The notes under the pieces are model-generated. The model worked only from the letters and a program-made list of their open reading frames with translations, did no database searches and had not been told where the DNA came from. This document shows, piece by piece, positions 50,752 to 60,252 of a DNA stretch of 64,000 bases (its first letter is position 1; each line of letters starts with the position of its first letter). A program made the position numbers and the translations under genes. Source of the DNA: an uncultured Gemmatimonadales bacterium (GTDB taxonomy: Bacteria; Gemmatimonadota; Gemmatimonadetes; Gemmatimonadales; Gemmatimonadaceae); the NCBI GenBank assembly GCA_963793305.1, contig CAWBZV010000002.1:288001-352000 (forward strand), in the 5' to 3' direction.

Positions 50752-51555
50752 TCAGTCCGCCGAGAAAAGGTTGTCGAGCGCCGGCTGCCACGCGGCCTCG
50801 ATGGCTGCCAGCTTCGTCGCCGGTACGCCCCACGCTTCCAGCCAGAGACCGAGGACGAGCCCATCCGGCTCTGCCTCTATTTGCGCACGCAGGAGCGCGT
50901 TGTTGAGCTGCTCGACGGTTCCCGTGAAATCTTTGGGGTGCTCGGAGATGACGATGGTGCCGCTGAGCACCGTGCCGTCCAGTGCGTCGATCGAGTAGCG
51001 ATCATCGCGTCGTTTCCGCTCGATCCCAGCGAACAAAGTCGCCCATGCGCGCTCGGCCCCGGATGGAATCGGCGTGCGAACCCACGCGACCGCGCGGTCC
51101 TCGCCGCGGTGATGCTCGAGATAGTGGCGAAGGCTTTCAAGCTCGTATCGCCAGCCGCGCTTGACGCCATCAAAGAACTCGTCCCACCGCGCATCCGGAT
51201 CGAACCCATGCGCGACGAGGCGAAGAATCGTGGACGCGCCGTGATCCTCGATCGTGAAATCGTGGATCACGCGCGGCGCGCCGCTCGGTTGCGGCATGCC
51301 CACTTGGAGATGTTGGCCCGGTTTCCATACGAAAATCGAAAGATCATCCATCCCGATGGTGCCCCAGTGCAGCTCGAGTGCGCCGCCGAGGCCCGGCGTC
51401 ACGCTGGCCGTCAGCGGGAACCATTGCTCGAGCTCCGTGGGATCCGTCAACGCCTTCCAGACGGCATCCGGCGGCGCGTCGATCGGGATGACGTATTCAG
51501 CCGTGCGTGGGATGACCCGCGAGGACGAATGAGAAGGAGCGTCCATTGGTCGCAT
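50752..51555 (-). CDS. SRPBCC/AHSA1 domain protein
   Basis: IDAPPDAVWKALTDPTELEQWF...GWRYELESLRHYLE. Confidence 0.85.
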   Translation of the reverse strand: MRPMDAPSHSSSRVIPRTAEYVIPIDAPPDAVWKALTDPTELEQWFPLTASVTPGLGGALELHWGTIGMDDLSIFVWKPGQHLQVGMPQPSGAPRVIHDFTIEDHGASTILRLVAHGFDPDARWDEFFDGVKRGWRYELESLRHYLEHHRGEDRAVAWVRTPIPSGAERAWATLFAGIERKRRDDRYSIDALDGTVLSGTIVISEHPKDFTGTVEQLNNALLRAQIEAEPDGLVLGLWLEAWGVPATKLAAIEAAWQPALDNLFSAD

Positions 51556-52078
51556 CCGATTGGTTGTATTTCGCCGCGAGGCGGCCGAGACACTCCGTCA
51601 GCTCGGCCGCGAATGCGTGCTGGTCGGCTGGACTGGCAAAGCGGACGTCCGTCTGGGCCGTCAACGTCGCCAAGCGCTTGCCCGACGCATTGGCGCGCCG
51701 GCGCAGCGTGCCGACATTGCGGATCAGCTTCGAGGCGACCGCGAGGAGATACGTCGAAGAGAAATGATCCTCGACCCGCTCGGGGTCGGCCGCCAACGGT
51801 CCGAGCGCCGCCGGCGAGATCACGTACGATCGCGCCGTGGCCTGCACGACCCGCTCGACGCAATTGCGCTTGCGACGCTCGGCCACGAACAACACGAGAC
51901 CCTCGGCCTCGAGTTGCCGGACATGGTAGGTGACCACTTGGCGCACGAGTCCCAGTCGCCGCGCGAGGCCGGCCGCGGAGTCTGGGACCGCCAGCTCGTC
52001 CAGCAGCCGCCGGCGCATGGGATCCAGCACCGAGGTCGCCTGTTCCGGGTTTTCGATGACCTCGAGTGCCGCGCTCAC
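51497..52078 (-). CDS. ArsR-like winged-helix transcriptional regulator
   Basis: LDPMRRRLL, SAAGLARRLG, VTYHVRQLEAEGLV, ERRKRNCVER. Confidence 0.85.
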   Translation of the reverse strand: MSAALEVIENPEQATSVLDPMRRRLLDELAVPDSAAGLARRLGLVRQVVTYHVRQLEAEGLVLFVAERRKRNCVERVVQATARSYVISPAALGPLAADPERVEDHFSSTYLLAVASKLIRNVGTLRRRANASGKRLATLTAQTDVRFASPADQHAFAAELTECLGRLAAKYNQSDATNGRSFSFVLAGHPTHG

Positions 52079-52114
52079 GACAACAATTTTATTTTAGAAA
52101 AGAAAATTTGTCAA
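52079..52114 (-). promoter_or_regulatory. Sigma70 promoter/operator of the regulator-SRPBCC operon (leaderless)
   Basis: Minus strand TTGACA (52114-52109), 17 nt, TAAAAT (52091-52086), 7 nt, GTG 52078; imperfect inverted repeat spans it. Confidence 0.8.
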
Positions 52115-52572
52115 GGCGTCAACTGAGAGGTGCAGTTCGGGCACCGCTTCGCGGCGATCGGGATCTGGGTCGCGCAGTACGGACACGCCTTGGTCGTCGG
52201 GGCAGCCGTCGCTCCCAGTGTGACTGGCTCGAGGTGCAGCTTCGCGACCATCCGCACCAGCAAGAACACGCAGAACGCGATGATGAGAAACGTGATGATG
52301 TTGTTGACGAACATCCCGTAATTGAGCGTAACGGCCCCGGCGCTCTTCGCGTCGGCGAGCGACACATACGGTGCAGCCGCCTTCGCGCCGTCCTTCAAGA
52401 CCACGAACTTATTGGAAAAGTCGAGACCACCGGTCGCGAGCCCGATAGGCGGCATGATGACGTTATCGACGAGCGACTTCACGATGGCGCCAAACGCGGC
52501 GCCGATGATCACGCCGACCGCGAGGTCGACCACGTTGCCGCGCATGATGAACGCCTTGAAATCTTTCCACAC
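52111..52572 (-). CDS. mscL: Large-conductance mechanosensitive channel with C-terminal zinc ribbon
   Basis: FKAFIMRGNVVDLAVGVIIGAAFG; YGMF; CPYC...RCPNCTS. Confidence 0.96.
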   Translation of the reverse strand: MWKDFKAFIMRGNVVDLAVGVIIGAAFGAIVKSLVDNVIMPPIGLATGGLDFSNKFVVLKDGAKAAAPYVSLADAKSAGAVTLNYGMFVNNIITFLIIAFCVFLLVRMVAKLHLEPVTLGATAAPTTKACPYCATQIPIAAKRCPNCTSQLTP

Positions 52573-52616
52573 GTTGCCTCCTGGCGTCAGGGTATCCGTC
52601 GAGGAGATAATGTAGC

Positions 52617-54440
52617 ATGGATCGAGACCTGGGCATGGACCGGCCGATCACGCGCCGCGACTTCGTGAATGGAGTCGCCGTGTCCATTGGCGGCGCCCTC
52701 ATCCCGTCCAGCACGCTCGACGCGATCGTGCAGCAGGCCGAGTACGCACCGGAACAGGATCCGGGCTACTACCCGCCCGCGCTCATGGGTCTGCGCGGGA
52801 GTCACCCGGGATCGTTCGAGATCGCCCACGGCGCACGGGACCACACGATTGGCGCGCTCATCGACTCGGCCGTTCCCACTGGCGAGCACTATGATGTCGT
52901 TATTGTCGGCGGCGGAATCAGCGGGCTCTCGGCGGCCCACTTCTGCGGGTCATCGGCCCGCGTGCTGGTGCTCGACAACCACGATGATTTCGGGGGGCAC
53001 GCCAAGCGCAACGAGTTCGAGGTCGCCGGGCGACGATTGCTCATGTATGGCGGCACGCAATCGATCGACGGCCCAGATAAGTACAGCCGTACGTCACTCG
53101 ACTTGTTGCATCACTTAGGGCTCGATCTCGATCGCTTCTACCGCGCGTACGATCGCCATTTCTATAGATCCCTCGGTCTCTCTCAGGGAATTTTCTTCGA
53201 CCGGGAGACGTTCGGCACGGATCATCTCGCGGTAGGCGCCGGCATCAAGCCCTGGAGCGAGATCCTGGCCGGCGCTCCGCTCCCCGAGGCCGCGCGCGTG
53301 GACATCGCGCGCGTGTACCAAGCCCCATGGCGCACGCTGCCGGATGATCAGCTCGCGCGGATGAGCTATCGCGACTATCTCGTCAACGTGATGCACGTCG
53401 GGCCGGCCGCGATGCCGTACTTCCAAGCGTTGACACACGATCTCTATGGCGTCGGGATCGATGCCGTGCCCGCGCAAGATGTGTTCGAGATCGGCTTTCC
53501 CGGAAAGATCGCCACCCCACCGGAAGGGGAGGAGCCGTACATCTTCCACTTCCCCGACGGCAACGCGACGATCGCGCGCCTGCTGGTGCGCCAACTCATC
53601 CCCGGGGCGATCCCGGGTGCCACGATGGATGACATCGTGACGGCGCGAGTCAACTACGCGAAGCTCGATGATCCAGCTCATCGCGTACGCCTGCGCCTGA
53701 ACAGCACGGCCGTACGCGTTCGTCAAGATGGTGCCCATGTCGTCATCACGTATGTTCGCGGCGGCAAGGCCGTCTCTGTCCGCGCCTCGGGCGTCGTGCT
53801 CGCGTGCTGGAACATGATCATCCCGTACGTGTGCCCCGAGATGCCGGATGCGCAGAAGGCTGCATTGGCCTACGGCGCGAAAGTCCCGCTTGTCTACACG
53901 AACGTGGCGTTTCGAGATTGGAAAGCGTTCGCGTCACTTGGCATCAATGCAGCCTACGCTCCTGGCAGTTACCACACGCTCGTCGACCTCGACTACCCGG
54001 TCAGCCTCGGCTCCTACGCCTTCGCCAAGGGACCCGATGAGCCGATCGTCGCGCACATGATCCGCACGCCATGCCATCCGGGCCTGCCCGCGCGCGACCA
54101 ACATCGCGCGGGCCGCGCGGAGTTGCTGGCGACGACATTCGAGACGTTCGAGCGCAACGTGCGCGACCAACTCGCGCGCCTGCTCGGCACGGCCGACTTC
54201 GATCCCGCGCGCGATATCGTGGGGCTCACCGTCAATCGGTGGCCCCACGGATATGCGTACGAGTACAACACACTCTGGGATCGGGCCGCTTGGCCCGGCG
54301 CGACGCGCCCGTGCGTCACGGCGCGCGCGCCATTCGGTCGCATTACGATCGCCAACTCCGACGCCGGTGCCTCGGCCTACACCAACGCGGCCATCGACCA
54401 AGCGCACCGGGCCGTGCGGGAGTTGTTCGCGACGATCTAA
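52617..54440 (+). CDS. Tat-exported FAD oxidoreductase, spermidine dehydrogenase SpdH-like
   Basis: ITRRDFVNG, YYPPALMGLRGSHPGS, VGGGISG, NHDDFGGHAKRNEF, HFPDGNA, NRWPHGYAY, IANSD. Confidence 0.85.
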   Translation: MDRDLGMDRPITRRDFVNGVAVSIGGALIPSSTLDAIVQQAEYAPEQDPGYYPPALMGLRGSHPGSFEIAHGARDHTIGALIDSAVPTGEHYDVVIVGGGISGLSAAHFCGSSARVLVLDNHDDFGGHAKRNEFEVAGRRLLMYGGTQSIDGPDKYSRTSLDLLHHLGLDLDRFYRAYDRHFYRSLGLSQGIFFDRETFGTDHLAVGAGIKPWSEILAGAPLPEAARVDIARVYQAPWRTLPDDQLARMSYRDYLVNVMHVGPAAMPYFQALTHDLYGVGIDAVPAQDVFEIGFPGKIATPPEGEEPYIFHFPDGNATIARLLVRQLIPGAIPGATMDDIVTARVNYAKLDDPAHRVRLRLNSTAVRVRQDGAHVVITYVRGGKAVSVRASGVVLACWNMIIPYVCPEMPDAQKAALAYGAKVPLVYTNVAFRDWKAFASLGINAAYAPGSYHTLVDLDYPVSLGSYAFAKGPDEPIVAHMIRTPCHPGLPARDQHRAGRAELLATTFETFERNVRDQLARLLGTADFDPARDIVGLTVNRWPHGYAYEYNTLWDRAAWPGATRPCVTARAPFGRITIANSDAGASAYTNAAIDQAHRAVRELFATI

Positions 54441-54644
54441 CTACCGATCGTCGTCGTCCTCGTCGAGCTTGCGCTCGGCTTTCCCGATCGCGTTCTGTAC
54501 TTTGCCAGTGGCCTGATCGACTTTGCCTTCGATCTGCATTTCCGTGTCGCCAGTCAGGCCGCCCAACGCATCCTTCGCCTTGCCTTTGATCTCTTTGGCG
54601 GTCCCTTTCATTTCGTCTTTGAGCCCGTCGTGTTGGTCACCCAT
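54441..54644 (-). CDS. csbD: CsbD family general stress protein
   Basis: KGTAKEIKGKAKDALGGLTGD...EGKVDQATGKVQ; AGGAGG RBS. Confidence 0.9.
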   Translation of the reverse strand: MGDQHDGLKDEMKGTAKEIKGKAKDALGGLTGDTEMQIEGKVDQATGKVQNAIGKAERKLDEDDDDR

Positions 54645-54674
54645 GTGATACCTCCTGGTTGCCCGCTGGACGAG

Positions 54675-54703
54675 GCAGATTCCGTGCCCGGCACGACTGT
54701 TGC
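54675..54703. promoter_or_regulatory. Divergent pair of sigma54-type (-24/-12) promoters
   Basis: Plus strand GGCACGACTGTTGC (54690-54703) and minus strand GGCACGGAATCTGC (54688-54675); both GG-N10-GC. Confidence 0.6.
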
Positions 54704-54738
54704 CTTGTTCACGCAGTGTTCACTCAACGGGAGCCTGC

Positions 54739-54891
54739 ATGCTGTGGACGTTAGCGATCGTGCTGTTCATTCTGTGGATCCTGGGCTTCGGCGTATTTCA
54801 CGCTGCCGGCGCACTCATTCACCTCCTCCTGGTCGCGGCCGTGATCGTCATTCTCGTCCGGCTGATCCAGGGGCGCCGCCCAGTCGTGTAG
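54739..54891 (+). CDS. lmo0937/DUF5670 family small membrane protein
   Basis: MLWTLAIVLFILWILGF...GALIHLLLV...RLIQGRR. Confidence 0.88.
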   Translation: MLWTLAIVLFILWILGFGVFHAAGALIHLLLVAAVIVILVRLIQGRRPVV

Positions 54892-56026
54892 GGTCGAGCC
54901 GCACGAGGAGCGGGTTGGGTTGCCACGCGCGCCCAACCTTGCTCTGAAGCGCGGAATCCACGCGCACGATGTCCGCGGTATAGTCGCAGCCGTTGATGAG
55001 CCCATCCGTGGCGCCGCGGTTGTGTCCGAGCAAGCTCGACCCCACGCCATAGCCGGTGACGGGCACGCCGGCCTCTTCGAATTGACGAATCCGTGCCGGC
55101 GTGAATCCGCCCGACACGATGATCCCAACGCTGGCAAAGCCCTCGCGGTCCAACGCGTCCCGAAGTAATCGCACCAGCTGTGGATTCACGCCGGTGAGCC
55201 CCGTCCCAGCCACGGCGGTGTCGACGAGTTTCTCGCTCGTGTCCACGCGGACACCCGAGAGCGCGTCGTCGCCAAATCGTTCACGCATGGCGCGAGCGAC
55301 AGCGAGCGCGTCAGTCACCACGTCATTTCGATAGTCGACGAGACTGACGATCCGCACGTCGGGTTCGCACGCGCGAACGTACTCGGCGAACGCCACGGTC
55401 GCGGCCACGACGTCGCCACCAAACGTCGCGATGAGCGCATGCGGCATGGTGCCCACGCCGCGCGCGCCCCACCACGCGCCGCCCGCGTCGCTCGACACAC
55501 TGCCCGCGCCGCCGACTTGTGCCGCGTACCCATCCGGCGTCTGCACGCGCCAATCGTCATGCCGAGCACCCATGAAGACGACGGGCCGGCCACGGGCTGC
55601 CTCCATGACACGCCGCACATTCGACGCGATCAACGACCGCCGCGCGAGCACGCCGAGGTAATCGGTCTCGAGGTGCGCAAACGCGACGTATGGTCCCGTG
55701 ATGTGCATGACCGGCGCCCAGGGTTCGAGAAGGTCGCCGTCCAACAGGGTATCGATCGTCAGGTCACCCAATGTGTAACCCGGCGCGAGTTGCGTTTCGA
55801 GCATCCGAATCACCTCGAAGGCGCCGGCCACGACGCCGTGTTCCTTGGCGAACACCTGCATCGTGACGATCGGATCGCGCTTCGCGTGGAGTAACGCGTT
55901 GCGGCTGCGAACGAAGTACCGGTCGGCGTACCATCCGTCGCCCATCCGTGGGTCGAATTGAAACAATGTCGCCGGGAACCGCGTGAGGGCGCGGTGGAGT
56001 TGGTCTATGCGCGAGTCGGCCGTCAT
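54848..56026 (-). CDS. Nicotinate phosphoribosyltransferase family protein
   Basis: YADRYF, ETDYLG, FMGARH, GTMPHAL, VRVDT, IIVSGGF, GVGS. Confidence 0.82.
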   Translation of the reverse strand: MTADSRIDQLHRALTRFPATLFQFDPRMGDGWYADRYFVRSRNALLHAKRDPIVTMQVFAKEHGVVAGAFEVIRMLETQLAPGYTLGDLTIDTLLDGDLLEPWAPVMHITGPYVAFAHLETDYLGVLARRSLIASNVRRVMEAARGRPVVFMGARHDDWRVQTPDGYAAQVGGAGSVSSDAGGAWWGARGVGTMPHALIATFGGDVVAATVAFAEYVRACEPDVRIVSLVDYRNDVVTDALAVARAMRERFGDDALSGVRVDTSEKLVDTAVAGTGLTGVNPQLVRLLRDALDREGFASVGIIVSGGFTPARIRQFEEAGVPVTGYGVGSSLLGHNRGATDGLINGCDYTADIVRVDSALQSKVGRAWQPNPLLVRLDPTRLGGAPGSAGRE

Positions 56027-56063
56027 GCCGAAATATCGCCTCTCCACTATCTTGTTGTCTCCG

Positions 56064-57479
56064 ATGACCGACGTTTCGATTCCCAAGCCCGCGTCGCGGA
56101 CGTTTTGGTCCACGATCGCCGACGCGCTGCGTGGAGTGCACCACGACTACACGCAGGGCTCGATCCCGCGTGCGATCGTGCTGCTCGCCGTCCCGATGGT
56201 GCTGGAGATGGCGCTGGAGAGCGTGTTCGCCGTCGTCGACGCGTTCTGGGTCGGCAAGTTGGGGCCGACGGCGCTCTCCACCATCGTGTACACGGAATCG
56301 ATGCTGACCATCATGTACGCGGTGGACATGGGGCTCGGCATGGGGGCGACGGCGCTCGTGGCCCGCCGCATCGGTGAGCGCGATCCCGAGGGGGCCGCCC
56401 AATCCGCCGGTCAGGCGATCATCATCGGCATCGTCGCCTCGATCGTGCTCGGACTCGTGGGCGGGGTGTTCGCGCCGCAGCTCCTCGCCCTTCTGGGCGC
56501 CGCGCCGGACGTCATTGCGCAGGGCTCGTCGTACACGCGCGTGATGCTTGGGGGAAGTGGATGCATCCTGTTCCTCTTCCTGTTCAACGCGATCTTCCGC
56601 GGCGTCGGCGACGCCGCGATCGCGATGCGCGTCCTCTGGTTCGCCAATATCATCAATCTCATTCTCGACCCCTGCTTCATCTTCGGTTTGGGACCATTCC
56701 CGCATCTCGGTGTGACGGGAGCCGCGGTCGCGACGACGATCGGGCGGACCTGCGGCGCACTGTTCGCGCTGTCGCGCCTCGTTCGGCCGGGGAATCGCAT
56801 CACGCTCCGCGCGCGGCACTTGAAAATCATCCCCGAGGTGATGGGTCGGATGCTGCGGCTCTCGTGGGTCACCGCGGTCCAAGGGGGGATCGGGAGCGCG
56901 AGCTACGTCGGCCTCGTGAACATTATGTCGCGATTCGGGGATCAGGCTGTTGCCGGCTTCGGGATCAGCATCCGCATTCTGATCTTTGCGTTGCTCCCGT
57001 CGTGGGGACTCGGCAATGCCTCCGCCACCATGGTTGGGCAGGCTTTGGGCTCGCGCCAACCCGAGCGCGCCGAGAAGGCGGTGTGGCTGGCCGCGAGCTA
57101 CGACTGTATCGTGTTGACTGTCGTGGGACTTGTGTTCGGCCTGTTCGCGCATCATCTGGTGAGTATCTTCACCACCGATCCGGTCGCACTCGAGACGGGC
57201 GCGACGAGCCTGCGCATCATGGCGCTCGGATTTCCGTTCTATGCGTATGGCATGACCGTCACGCAGTCGTTCAACGGGGCAGGCGACACCTGGACGCCGA
57301 CGTGGATCAACCTCGGCGTCTTGTGGGTATTCGAGATTCCGTTCGCGTATTTCCTCGCGGTCACATCCAAGCTCGGGCCAATCGGTGTCTTTATCGCGCT
57401 CACGTCGGCTTTCTCGCTGCTGGCCGTGGTGAGCATTCTCCTTTTCCGGCGCGGCCGGTGGAAGGCCGTCGCGCTCTAG
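56064..57479 (+). CDS. MATE family efflux transporter
   Basis: LAVPMVLEM, VARRIGE, IFRGVGDA, NLILDP, ATMVGQALG, FNGAGDT. Confidence 0.93.
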   Translation: MTDVSIPKPASRTFWSTIADALRGVHHDYTQGSIPRAIVLLAVPMVLEMALESVFAVVDAFWVGKLGPTALSTIVYTESMLTIMYAVDMGLGMGATALVARRIGERDPEGAAQSAGQAIIIGIVASIVLGLVGGVFAPQLLALLGAAPDVIAQGSSYTRVMLGGSGCILFLFLFNAIFRGVGDAAIAMRVLWFANIINLILDPCFIFGLGPFPHLGVTGAAVATTIGRTCGALFALSRLVRPGNRITLRARHLKIIPEVMGRMLRLSWVTAVQGGIGSASYVGLVNIMSRFGDQAVAGFGISIRILIFALLPSWGLGNASATMVGQALGSRQPERAEKAVWLAASYDCIVLTVVGLVFGLFAHHLVSIFTTDPVALETGATSLRIMALGFPFYAYGMTVTQSFNGAGDTWTPTWINLGVLWVFEIPFAYFLAVTSKLGPIGVFIALTSAFSLLAVVSILLFRRGRWKAVAL

Positions 57480-57489
57480 GAGCATCCCC

Positions 57490-59868
57490 ATGCTGAGCGA
57501 TCTCCGCTATGCAGTGCGCGCCCTGCTGCGCGCGCCCATGTTCACGGTGACAACAGTAGCGACGCTCGCGCTCGCGATTGGCGCGAACGTGACGGTAGTC
57601 AGCGCGGTGAATACAGTACTCTTCCGGCCGCTCGACATCCCGGACATCGGCCGACTGGTGGTCGTGCGCAGCGACTTTCCGAGACTCGGACTCCGAAATC
57701 TCGGCCTCACCGTCCGCGAAGCCGTCGACCTCTTCGCCCGAACGGATCTCTTCTCGACCGCCGGCGCTTCCTACTCGACGGTCGCCACGTTGACGGGTGC
57801 GGGCCCCGCCCGGCAGTTGCGAGGTGCGACGATCATTGGCGCGTATTTCGACGTCCTCGGGACCCGACCCGCGCTGGGGCGCTTACCCCGCGCCGATGAT
57901 GCCGAGCCTGGCCATGCGCCCGTGGTGGTGCTCAGCGATGGGCTGTGGCACGAGGTCGCGGGCGCCGACTCGAGCATTATTGGCCGCACGATCGAGCTGG
58001 ATGGCGCTCCGCGCGAGGTCATTGGCGTGGTGCGGCCCGGAGCCGAGCTCCCGCGATTGGCGCGCTTTTGGGAGACGCGCCCGATCGACGCTCAGGCATT
58101 GGCCGATCCTGGCAGCGTCGAGACCGTCATTGCTCACCCCCGTCCTCAGGTGTCGCCGTCACAGCTCACCCAGGCGCTCGCGGTCGAGGCAGCGCGCTGG
58201 GTCGAGCGGGACCCGGAACACTACCCGCCTGAGTATCGGAACACACTCAGCGTGATACCGTTCGTCGAGGATCTCGCCGGCACATTGCGTCCGATTGTCG
58301 TGCTGTTCTTCGCCGCCGTCACATTGGTATTGCTCATCGCGTGCGTCAACGTCGCCGGTGTGCAGTTGGTTCGGAGCGTCGGCGCCGCCAACGCGATGGC
58401 GATTCGCTCCGCCCTCGGCGCGAGCCGGTGGCGGCTCCTGCGACACGCCGTCGTCGAAAGCCTGGTGCTCGCCGCTGGCGGTGGAGCCGTCGGTCTCATC
58501 CTTGGTCAGATGGGCATCGCCGGTCTTCGATCATGGCACATGACCGACTATCCGGCACTCGCCGATGTGCGCTTCGATGTCACGGTCCTGGCGTATACGC
58601 TGGGCGTTACGGCGATCATTGGCTTCGCCGTGGCGCTGTTGCCCGGCCTCAAGACCAGTCGCGTCGTCAGCCGAACGACCACACTCGGCCGCGACCGGCA
58701 GGGCGTGCTCCGAGGCATTGCGGTGCTCCAAGTCGCGCTCACGTTGATGCTGTTGCTCGGGTCGGGCCTCATGATTCGTAGCGTGGGCGCGATGCTCCAG
58801 GTCGATCCCGGATTCAGCACCGAGCACCTGTACACGGCTCGCGTGGCGCTCACTGAAACCCGCTACGCCGCTTCAGCGGCGAAGGTGGCGTTCTTCGACG
58901 GACTGGTCGCACGGTTGCGTGGCATGCCGGGCGTCACCGCGGCCGGTGCCGCGATCGGCATCCCATTCGCGCAGTCCGATGGGTCGAGCAGTGGGTTTAC
59001 GATCGTAGGACTGACGCCCACGGGCGGCACATTGCCGCACTCGCTGATCGTACCCGTGACCCCGGGGTACTTCGGGACGATGGGCATCGCGATCAAAGCC
59101 GGGCGAGCCTTTACAGACGCTGATCGCCTGGGCGCAGCGCGTGTCGCGATCGTCGACGAAGAGCTGGCGCGCAAGTTTCTCCCCGGCATCGATCCGATCG
59201 GACGACAGATCACCGGACAGGAAGGCCCGACCACGATCGTTGGGGTCGTCGCCAGCGCCGGATACAGCCGACTGTGGAAGCAACCGTATCCGATTGCGTA
59301 CTATCCGTACGCGCAGATCGTCGTCCCCTATCTCACCGTCGTCGTCCGCACGGCCACTGAGATGCGAAACCCCGCGGTCCTCTTTGAAGCGGCCGTTGGA
59401 GGACTGGACCGCGACGTGCCGGTATCGCACGTCCTGTCAATGCGCCAGCAGATCGATGTATCCGTCCAATCGCGACAAGTGACGATGCTCGCGTTGAGCG
59501 CGTTCGCGGTCGCGTCGCTTGCCTTGGCGATCCTTGGGCTGTACGGCGTTGTCAGCTACGGCACGACTGTGCGCACGCACGAATTCGGCATCCGCATGGC
59601 GCTCGGCGCAACGACCAGCGAGTTGCTCGCGTTGGTGATGCGCGGGGGCGCCACGCTCGTCTTGACTGGCCTCGCGGTTGGCTTCGTGCTGTTCCTCGCC
59701 GTCAGTCGGCTGCTCGCCTCTTTCCTGTTCGGGGTCGGCACGTACGACCCGATCACGCTCGGCGCCTGCGCGCTCGTACTCGGCGCCAGCGCGGCGCTCG
59801 CGTGCTGGTTGCCGGCGCGGCGAGTCGCGACGGTTGACCCAGCGATCGCATTGCGTGACCCATTTTGA
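57490..59868 (+). CDS. ADOP-type duplicated MacB/FtsX ABC permease
   Basis: DLRYAVRALLRAPMF, LALAIGAN, LLIACVNVA, IRSALGASR, DPGF, EFGIRMALGA, PARR...DP..ALR. Confidence 0.9.
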   Translation: MLSDLRYAVRALLRAPMFTVTTVATLALAIGANVTVVSAVNTVLFRPLDIPDIGRLVVVRSDFPRLGLRNLGLTVREAVDLFARTDLFSTAGASYSTVATLTGAGPARQLRGATIIGAYFDVLGTRPALGRLPRADDAEPGHAPVVVLSDGLWHEVAGADSSIIGRTIELDGAPREVIGVVRPGAELPRLARFWETRPIDAQALADPGSVETVIAHPRPQVSPSQLTQALAVEAARWVERDPEHYPPEYRNTLSVIPFVEDLAGTLRPIVVLFFAAVTLVLLIACVNVAGVQLVRSVGAANAMAIRSALGASRWRLLRHAVVESLVLAAGGGAVGLILGQMGIAGLRSWHMTDYPALADVRFDVTVLAYTLGVTAIIGFAVALLPGLKTSRVVSRTTTLGRDRQGVLRGIAVLQVALTLMLLLGSGLMIRSVGAMLQVDPGFSTEHLYTARVALTETRYAASAAKVAFFDGLVARLRGMPGVTAAGAAIGIPFAQSDGSSSGFTIVGLTPTGGTLPHSLIVPVTPGYFGTMGIAIKAGRAFTDADRLGAARVAIVDEELARKFLPGIDPIGRQITGQEGPTTIVGVVASAGYSRLWKQPYPIAYYPYAQIVVPYLTVVVRTATEMRNPAVLFEAAVGGLDRDVPVSHVLSMRQQIDVSVQSRQVTMLALSAFAVASLALAILGLYGVVSYGTTVRTHEFGIRMALGATTSELLALVMRGGATLVLTGLAVGFVLFLAVSRLLASFLFGVGTYDPITLGACALVLGASAALACWLPARRVATVDPAIALRDPF

Positions 59869-59874
59869 GGACAA

Positions 59875-59890
59875 TGTGACACGGGTCACA
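59875..59890. promoter_or_regulatory. CRP/FNR-family binding palindrome
   Basis: TGTGA-CACGGG-TCACA, exact TGTGA-N6-TCACA, in the intergenic region upstream of 59986. Confidence 0.6.
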
Positions 59891-59985
59891 ACGCTCTAAT
59901 TCGCTGTAAATAAATAACTTACGTGATTTCTGCCGACGGTCCGGCGAATGCCTCTTGAGATGGTGGCCAACCACTAGGAGGGGCC

Positions 59986-60243
59986 ATGCTAAAGAAAATC
60001 TGGACTCGCGCAATCATGCTGATCGCTGCCGCGGTAGCTATCGGAGGCGCATTGGCCGCCAGCGCAGTGCCCGCCAAGGCTCAACCGCCCGTCGTCGTCG
60101 TTCGTCCGCAATTTTACCCGCCCGCGTACTATTACGGTCGTCCTTACCCGGACTGGCGCTATCGTGAGTGGCGCGAACACGAGTGGCGGGAGCACGAATG
60201 GCGCGAACATCACGAGTGGCGGGAGCATCGCGATTGGCGCTAA
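59986..60243 (+). CDS. Small secreted protein with C-terminal (H)EWRE repeats
   Basis: AGGAGG RBS; signal peptide ending AKA; Pro/Tyr segment; REWREHEWREHEWREHHEWREHRDWR. Confidence 0.8.
   Translation: MLKKIWTRAIMLIAAAVAIGGALAASAVPAKAQPPVVVVRPQFYPPAYYYGRPYPDWRYREWREHEWREHEWREHHEWREHRDWR
60166..60228 (+). repeat. Coding tandem repeat, ~15-bp unit GARTGGCGSGARCAY x4
   Basis: GAGTGGCGCGAACAC GAGTGGCGGGAGCAC GAATGGCGCGAACAT(CAC) GAGTGGCGGGAGCAT. Confidence 0.85.
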
Positions 60244-60252
60244 CATAGGCCG

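Noticed and set aside
7501..57491. Long antisense or alternate-frame ORFs (e.g. 7501-8625, 11941-13371, 13679-15556, 55764-57491, 5' part of 24990-27008)
   Set aside because: Arg/Ala/Pro-rich shadows of well-supported genes, expected in high-GC DNA.
60151..60240. CRISPR-like or non-coding repeat array
   Set aside because: Units are 15 bp, adjacent without spacers and vary at synonymous positions, so this is a coding repeat.
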